Assembly: GCA_963668645.2 (NCBI GenBank)
Contig: CAXXWC010000010.1
Coordinates: forward strand, 256,001-320,000
Length of the DNA: 64,000 nucleotides
DNA from: Desulfobacterales bacterium
Lineage (GTDB): Bacteria; Desulfobacterota; Desulfobacteria; Desulfobacterales; UBA2174
Direction: 5' to 3'
Numbering within the stretch: the first letter of the stretch is position 1; every line of letters starts with the position of its first letter. This document shows, piece by piece, positions 59,106 to 64,000 of the stretch. The notes below the pieces were generated by a model that saw only the letters and a list, made by a program, of their open reading frames with translations, did no database searches and had not been told where the DNA came from. The translations under genes and the position numbers were made by a program.

Positions 59106-60485
59106 ATGGCGATCACTCGACAATACGGGGAGGAGCAGCCATACAGTGCCGGGGCATTGAAACTGCGCATTCCCTTCGTTCACTACCGTTTCGAGTATCA
59201 GGATTTCATCCAGGGGATCATCCTGTGCTGCGTTCCTCTCGGCATCACCGCTGCCATGACCCAGGTCATGGGAATTCCCATCGAGGTTGCCGTCCTGATG
59301 GTGGTAATCAACAATTTCCTCTATCTGCTGCATCTGTCCTTCGGAGACCCCGCCATCAGCGGATGGATTACGGCTGGAATCCCCCTGTACATTACTTTTC
59401 TGGGAGATTTCCAGGCGGGACCGGAACGCATCCAGGCGATGATCGCCCTGCAGGTGCTGCTGGGTCTTATTTTCATGGTGCTGGGGGTTACCGGAATCAT
59501 CAAGCTGGTGATCAAGCATTTTCCGATATCCATGCGGGCCGGGATTCTGCTGGGGGCGGGATTTGCATCCTTGATGCGGATCTTCGACCCGGGCCAGCCC
59601 TTTGTCGGAGAAATGCCGATCTCCTTTTTGTTTGCTGCGCTATTTAGTTTCTTTATGCTTTTTTCTATCCGCGGCATGGAGTATCGCAAAAAACACGGCT
59701 GGTTCGCCTGGGCCGCAGGATTCGGCATCGCCCCCGGATTCGTTTTCGGCTACCTGCTCGGGCTGTTCACCGGAGAAATCGCACCTCCGGTCCAGGTGTT
59801 CGACCGCTTTATTATCGATATTCCATTTGGAAAAATGATCACCTCTTTCAGTGTGCTGGGCGTCGGCATGCCGCCCCTGTCGACATGGGTGGCTGCCATC
59901 TCCCCGGCCGTGGTCGCCTATATTTTGGCTTTCGGCGATATTTTGGTACTCGAAGCCATGATCGATGAGGCTGAAAAGGCCCGTGCCGACGAAAAAATTC
60001 CGTTCAGCCCCTCCCGGAACCATATCGTCACAGCGGTGCGCAACCTGGTGGAGGGCTTTTTTACGCCCTATCTTCCGCTGTGCGGCCCGCAATGGACCGG
60101 CGCCCAGGCATTGATCGTGAATCGCTACAAACTTGCAACCCCCGAGCAGGAGCCTTCTTACTGGGGCGGGGCCACCTCTTTTTTCTGGGCCATGGGGTTT
60201 GCCATGATTTTTCATCCCGTCGTCCAGATCATCTTGCCGGCAAAACTCATCGGTTTCGGTCTAACCCTGATCATTCAAGGCTATCTGTGCATCTACATCG
60301 CCTTTGCCATGTGTGAGACCAACGTCCAGCGCGGCATCGCCGGCATCATGGGGGCTGTTTTGGTTTCGGGCAATTATGTCAAGCTATGGGGCAGTCCCTT
60401 CTGGTCCGGCCCGACCATGGCCCTGATTATCGGTACCGTGCTCTACTTCAGCCTGGAACATTACACCGTAAAGGAAGCGAAATAA
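59106..60485 (+). CDS. Polytopic membrane transporter (possibly a distant NCS2/SLC23-like permease)
   Basis: About 12 hydrophobic segments, GWIT, YILAFGD, GPQWTG. GGAGG favours ATG 59106. Confidence 0.7.
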   Translation: MAITRQYGEEQPYSAGALKLRIPFVHYRFEYQDFIQGIILCCVPLGITAAMTQVMGIPIEVAVLMVVINNFLYLLHLSFGDPAISGWITAGIPLYITFLGDFQAGPERIQAMIALQVLLGLIFMVLGVTGIIKLVIKHFPISMRAGILLGAGFASLMRIFDPGQPFVGEMPISFLFAALFSFFMLFSIRGMEYRKKHGWFAWAAGFGIAPGFVFGYLLGLFTGEIAPPVQVFDRFIIDIPFGKMITSFSVLGVGMPPLSTWVAAISPAVVAYILAFGDILVLEAMIDEAEKARADEKIPFSPSRNHIVTAVRNLVEGFFTPYLPLCGPQWTGAQALIVNRYKLATPEQEPSYWGGATSFFWAMGFAMIFHPVVQIILPAKLIGFGLTLIIQGYLCIYIAFAMCETNVQRGIAGIMGAVLVSGNYVKLWGSPFWSGPTMALIIGTVLYFSLEHYTVKEAK

Positions 60486-60586
60486 CAGCAGGAACCAACT
60501 TGGCCTGAGGGCCAGCTTGCGGCAACGCCCCTGCACTTTTTCGACACGGCAAAGGGCAGGGGCGAAACGCCGGGGACACCGAGCGC

Positions 60587-60823
60587 ATGGCAACCGTAAA
60601 ACAGAACATCCGGAGAAACTTTATCGTGCTGCTGAAGGCAGGTCTGCCTTACACCCTCGCCGGAATCGTGGCCGTGTTCGGCGGCATCTGGGTGATCCGG
60701 CGCTTGTTCGAGGGCCATCCCTGGCAAAACGGCCTGCTGCTGCTCTGGCTGGCCCTTTTCTGGTTCGTTTATCAGCCGTTGTTTCATCGGCGAATCCGGC
60801 AGGTGAAGAAACACTTGAAATAA
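60587..60823 (+). CDS. Small two-TM membrane protein
   Basis: 78 aa with two hydrophobic helices and a basic tail. Confidence 0.6.
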   Translation: MATVKQNIRRNFIVLLKAGLPYTLAGIVAVFGGIWVIRRLFEGHPWQNGLLLLWLALFWFVYQPLFHRRIRQVKKHLK

Positions 60824-60911
60824 AAAGGCGGATCTGGCAAGGCCTTCAAAAGGGCGATATGAACGAGACGTCGGTCCTCTTTCGACATTCGGGACTGGAG
60901 GACATTCCCCC

Positions 60912-61997
60912 ATGACAACCGCCCGACCCCGCATCGTTTTTCTGGGATGCCCGCTGGACAGCGACGAACAGCACGAGGCCTTTCTTGAAAAAAAACAAGG
61001 ACGGCTTCCGCCCGGTTTCGGTGACGATCCGTACGAAGCCGTGATGAGCCTGATCTCCCGAGAGATCCCGGAGCCGCTTTGGGAATCGATGGGCTCCTTG
61101 CCCGTTCCTGACTGGCTGCGCCCCATGCCCTCATTGGCATCCACGGCGCAGGTCACTCCTGAGGCAATGGTCAGATTCATCGACGGAGACGGTTGCCGTC
61201 GTTTCGCCGAATCGCTCCAGGAAGTCGTCGCCGCTGAAATTCTGCCCAACATTCCCTGCCTGATCGGGGTGGACCATTCGTTGACCGGCGGCGTGTATAA
61301 CGCATTGGTCGAACGCTTCGGTGCAGATCGTCTTTCTTTGGTGGTGATCGACAGCCACACCGATGCGATACCGACAGGTGTCCTTGCCGGGGCGGTTGGC
61401 TACGACATGGACACCAATCCGCATTCTCGCTACGATCCGGCCGATCCCCTCCTGTACAATCGAACAGACGCTTATCACGCGAGCAGCTTTGTCCATCATC
61501 TGCTGGCGGAAAAGCGTGTCGCCCCGCGAAATCTCTATCTTGTCGGGGTTGGCGACCATCCAGACAAAAAAACAGCGCGCATTAAAGACGATCGGATGGC
61601 CCGCTATGTGGCCGCCTTTTCCCGGCTGCAGCGCAGTGGAGTTGGAGTGGTTACCAAAAAAGATTTGACACTTCAACCTTCCAAGTTCTACCGTTTGATG
61701 CAGCGAATCGATACGCCCTATGTGTATATCTCCATCGACATGGATATCGGGGCCGGCAATGCCCTGGAGGGCGTTCGATTCCGCAACCGGCGGGGGATCT
61801 CCGAAAAACAGATCTACCGGCTGGGCGACGCGTTGTGCCAATGCCTGGAAAACGGGATCGCGCTGGCGGGCATGGACGTGTGTGAATTCAATCCCCGCCG
61901 TGCGGGAGGATCGGATCAGACCTATCGGATCGCAGCGAATCTGATCGCCCAAATTGCATTCGGCCGGGGGCGCAAGCCTCCGGCCAGGGGGGCCTGA
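60912..61997 (+). CDS. Arginase/ureohydrolase-family protein
   Basis: GVDHS, DSHTD, SIDMD and EFNP metal-site motifs. Confidence 0.85.
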   Translation: MTTARPRIVFLGCPLDSDEQHEAFLEKKQGRLPPGFGDDPYEAVMSLISREIPEPLWESMGSLPVPDWLRPMPSLASTAQVTPEAMVRFIDGDGCRRFAESLQEVVAAEILPNIPCLIGVDHSLTGGVYNALVERFGADRLSLVVIDSHTDAIPTGVLAGAVGYDMDTNPHSRYDPADPLLYNRTDAYHASSFVHHLLAEKRVAPRNLYLVGVGDHPDKKTARIKDDRMARYVAAFSRLQRSGVGVVTKKDLTLQPSKFYRLMQRIDTPYVYISIDMDIGAGNALEGVRFRNRRGISEKQIYRLGDALCQCLENGIALAGMDVCEFNPRRAGGSDQTYRIAANLIAQIAFGRGRKPPARGA

Positions 61998-62027
61998 GAC
62001 GGGCGTAGCCGTTTGGAGAGGCTCTCG

Positions 62028-63554
62028 ATGAAGAAGTTAATTGTCGACATACAAAGCCTGGGGGTTCACCCTCCGAATGGGCTGTCTTGCGGCATGTCGC
62101 GCAACGGCGGTGCCGGACCGGCAGAGGGCCGTTCCCTGCTCTTTAACGGCGTTGCCGTCAATGTGCCGATGCATGCCCACTACGTTGCCGGTTCTCCTTA
62201 CCGGCTTCAGTGGGACCGAGACGGACTCGGCCTTTACCGGGGCAATCGATTCATTTGCCCGGTTACCGCCGTTGACCGGCCTGAATTCTACGACCGGAAA
62301 ACCGGCGACGGCGTTTTGTATTCAAAGATCGCCCTGCTTCACGGCAAATCCTGCCTGGCCTCCACCGTTATTCAGGACTGCGTTTATTGGGGAACCCCCC
62401 GGCAGTGCCGATTCTGTGCCACCGGCGTTTCTTTGGCAGGGGGGGGTACCGTTGCCCGGAAAACCCCGGCGCAACTGGCTGAGGTGGCCATTTCTGCCGC
62501 CAAAGAGGGGATCTGTCATATCGTGCTGACCTCCGGCACCGCGGGCGCAGATGGCGAACTGCAACACCTGGCCGATTGCGCGCGCGCCGTGCGGGACGCG
62601 GTCGATTTGCCGGTGCATGTCCAGTTTGCACCGCCCCGGGACCTGGGATGGATCCAGGCGCTGTGCGACAGCGGGGTCGACACTGCCGGCATTCATCTGG
62701 AAAGCTTCGATCCCGCAGTGCTCCGGCAAGTGGCGCCGGCAAAGGCCGCACTCGGCCAAGCTCGCTACAGGGCGGCCTGGCAAAAGGCCGTTTCGGTGTT
62801 CGGCCCGAACCAGGTGAGCAGCTTTCTCATTGTGGGGCTGGGAGAATCCCCGGAGTCGGTGGTGGCAGGAAGCGAGGTGATGGCGGATCTGGGGGTGTAC
62901 CCTTTTGTGGTACCGCTACGGCCGACGCCCGGCTCCCGGATGGCGGGATGCCGGCCGCCGCCGCCAGCGGTCATGGACCGGATCTACGCGCAGGTGGTGG
63001 ATATCCTGAAAAAAACCGGGCTTTCTGCCGGACGGCACCGGGCCGGCTGCGTCCGTTGCGGGGCCTGTTCGGCGCTGCCGTTTTACGAGCAGCCCGCCGC
63101 GCGGCTCAATTGTCATATCGCCCGGACACCGGAAGAGATGGACCGGGCCTTTTCCATCCGGCAAGAGGTGTTTGTCAAGGAACAGGCTCTTTTTACCGGC
63201 AGCGACATCGATGAAAACGATCCGTGCAGCACGCATCTGGTCTGCGAGCAGGACGGCCGGGTAATCGGGACGGTGCGGGTGTATCCGGTCAACGGTGATG
63301 GACACTGGGTCGGCGGGCGCCTGGCCGTGGAAAAGGGCCACCGGTCCTATCATGCCGGGGCGCTTTTGGTCCGTGAGGCCATGAAACGTGTCAAGCGGCA
63401 CGGCTGCCGGAAGTTTACCGCCCAGATCCAGATGCGCAACGTCTCCTTTTTTATCCGGCTCGGCTGGCGGCCGGTGGGGGCGCCGGCGCTTCATCTGGGC
63501 GCGCTCCATCAAGCCATGGAAGCCGATCTGGACCGGCTGCCCGGCAAGCGGTGA
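62028..63554 (+). CDS. MSMEG_0568-type radical SAM protein fused to an MSMEG_0567/Sll0786-type GNAT acetyltransferase
   Basis: GGAGP, KIALLHG..LASTV.Q.C-x8-CRFC, GIHLES, YPFVVP.RP, AGC.RCGACS, then R..VFV.EQ..F..D.DE.D, GTVR, W.GGRLAV, FF.RLGW. Confidence 0.88.
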   Translation: MKKLIVDIQSLGVHPPNGLSCGMSRNGGAGPAEGRSLLFNGVAVNVPMHAHYVAGSPYRLQWDRDGLGLYRGNRFICPVTAVDRPEFYDRKTGDGVLYSKIALLHGKSCLASTVIQDCVYWGTPRQCRFCATGVSLAGGGTVARKTPAQLAEVAISAAKEGICHIVLTSGTAGADGELQHLADCARAVRDAVDLPVHVQFAPPRDLGWIQALCDSGVDTAGIHLESFDPAVLRQVAPAKAALGQARYRAAWQKAVSVFGPNQVSSFLIVGLGESPESVVAGSEVMADLGVYPFVVPLRPTPGSRMAGCRPPPPAVMDRIYAQVVDILKKTGLSAGRHRAGCVRCGACSALPFYEQPAARLNCHIARTPEEMDRAFSIRQEVFVKEQALFTGSDIDENDPCSTHLVCEQDGRVIGTVRVYPVNGDGHWVGGRLAVEKGHRSYHAGALLVREAMKRVKRHGCRKFTAQIQMRNVSFFIRLGWRPVGAPALHLGALHQAMEADLDRLPGKR

Positions 63555-63627
63555 CGTGCCCTGCGCCATCACCGGCATTGACCGGGCACCTTGAAAAGTT
63601 CACACGATTCAAAGGGAGGTTTATTTC

Positions 63628-64000
63628 TTGGAACGTATCGGTGATATTGTCGCTTCGATTCGCAGTTACGTCGGTTTGTTGCGGAAAAAGCCGATCCTTG
63701 GGGTTGTCGAGCAGCTCCAATCCACCCAGGTTTACGGAAAACAGCTTCCCAGCTACGGAGACGACGCCGCTGCCATTCCCTGGCAGGACGGCTATCTGCT
63801 GCTGGCCGCAGACGGGCTCATGACCGAACTTTTGATCAACGAGCCGTATGCAGCCGGAAAGGCGTCGGTCATGGTGACGGTCAACGATATCTATTCGATG
63901 GGCGGGCGTCCGCTGGCGTTGGTCAACGTTCTGGCCAGCGGTCATCCGGTTCAGCGCCAGGATATTGTCAAGGGGATCGAAAAGGGATGCCATAAGCTGC
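63628..64000 (+). CDS. AIR-synthase/PurM-like protein (sll0787 or methanogenesis-marker-2-like); partial
   Basis: Not in the ORF track. GGGAGG RBS, TTG start, open to the edge: MERIGDIVASIRSYVGLLRKK..YGDDAAAIP..YLLLAADG..EPYAAG..VNDIYSMGGRPLA. Confidence 0.85.
   Translation, partial: MERIGDIVASIRSYVGLLRKKPILGVVEQLQSTQVYGKQLPSYGDDAAAIPWQDGYLLLAADGLMTELLINEPYAAGKASVMVTVNDIYSMGGRPLALVNVLASGHPVQRQDIVKGIEKGCHKL

Overview
High-GC DNA that looks like a Desulfobacterota (Desulfobacterales-like) chromosome. This is inferred from gene content and was not searched. The window has four blocks. (1) 1-25 kb, fatty-acid metabolism: a TetR-icmF-thiolase-hbd-XRE-acyl-CoA dehydrogenase operon, a Liv-type ABC uptake operon with embedded acyl-CoA ligases, and a GAF-PAS-LuxR regulator. 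(2) 25-29 kb, housekeeping: LOG, HPr, enzyme I, smpB. (3) 29-39 kb, a sigma54-controlled module: two near-identical -24/-12 promoters, a histidine kinase, receivers, duplicated CBS proteins, an SLC13 transporter, a NifX-like protein and an atypical PAS activator. (4) 42-64 kb, the best candidate for an undescribed system: a divergent locus centred on a GntR/FadR regulator with a perfect palindromic operator. The left arm encodes a ferredoxin, a degenerate AOR-like protein, a BPL-N protein, a 6-heme cytochrome c, a cytochrome b, a 7-heme cytochrome c/NarI fusion, an HdrD-like protein, a Cys-rich unknown, a sulfonate-type binding protein and an Isf flavoprotein. The right arm encodes an FAD oxidoreductase, a semialdehyde dehydrogenase, a second HdrD-like protein, a permease, a ureohydrolase, a Nit1C-type radical SAM-GNAT fusion and an AIR-synthase-like protein. 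Two edge genes missing from the ORF track were translated by hand (1..1315 minus, 63628..64000 plus). No rRNA, tRNA, CRISPR array or mobile element was recognised. All family calls come from motif recognition, not database searches.
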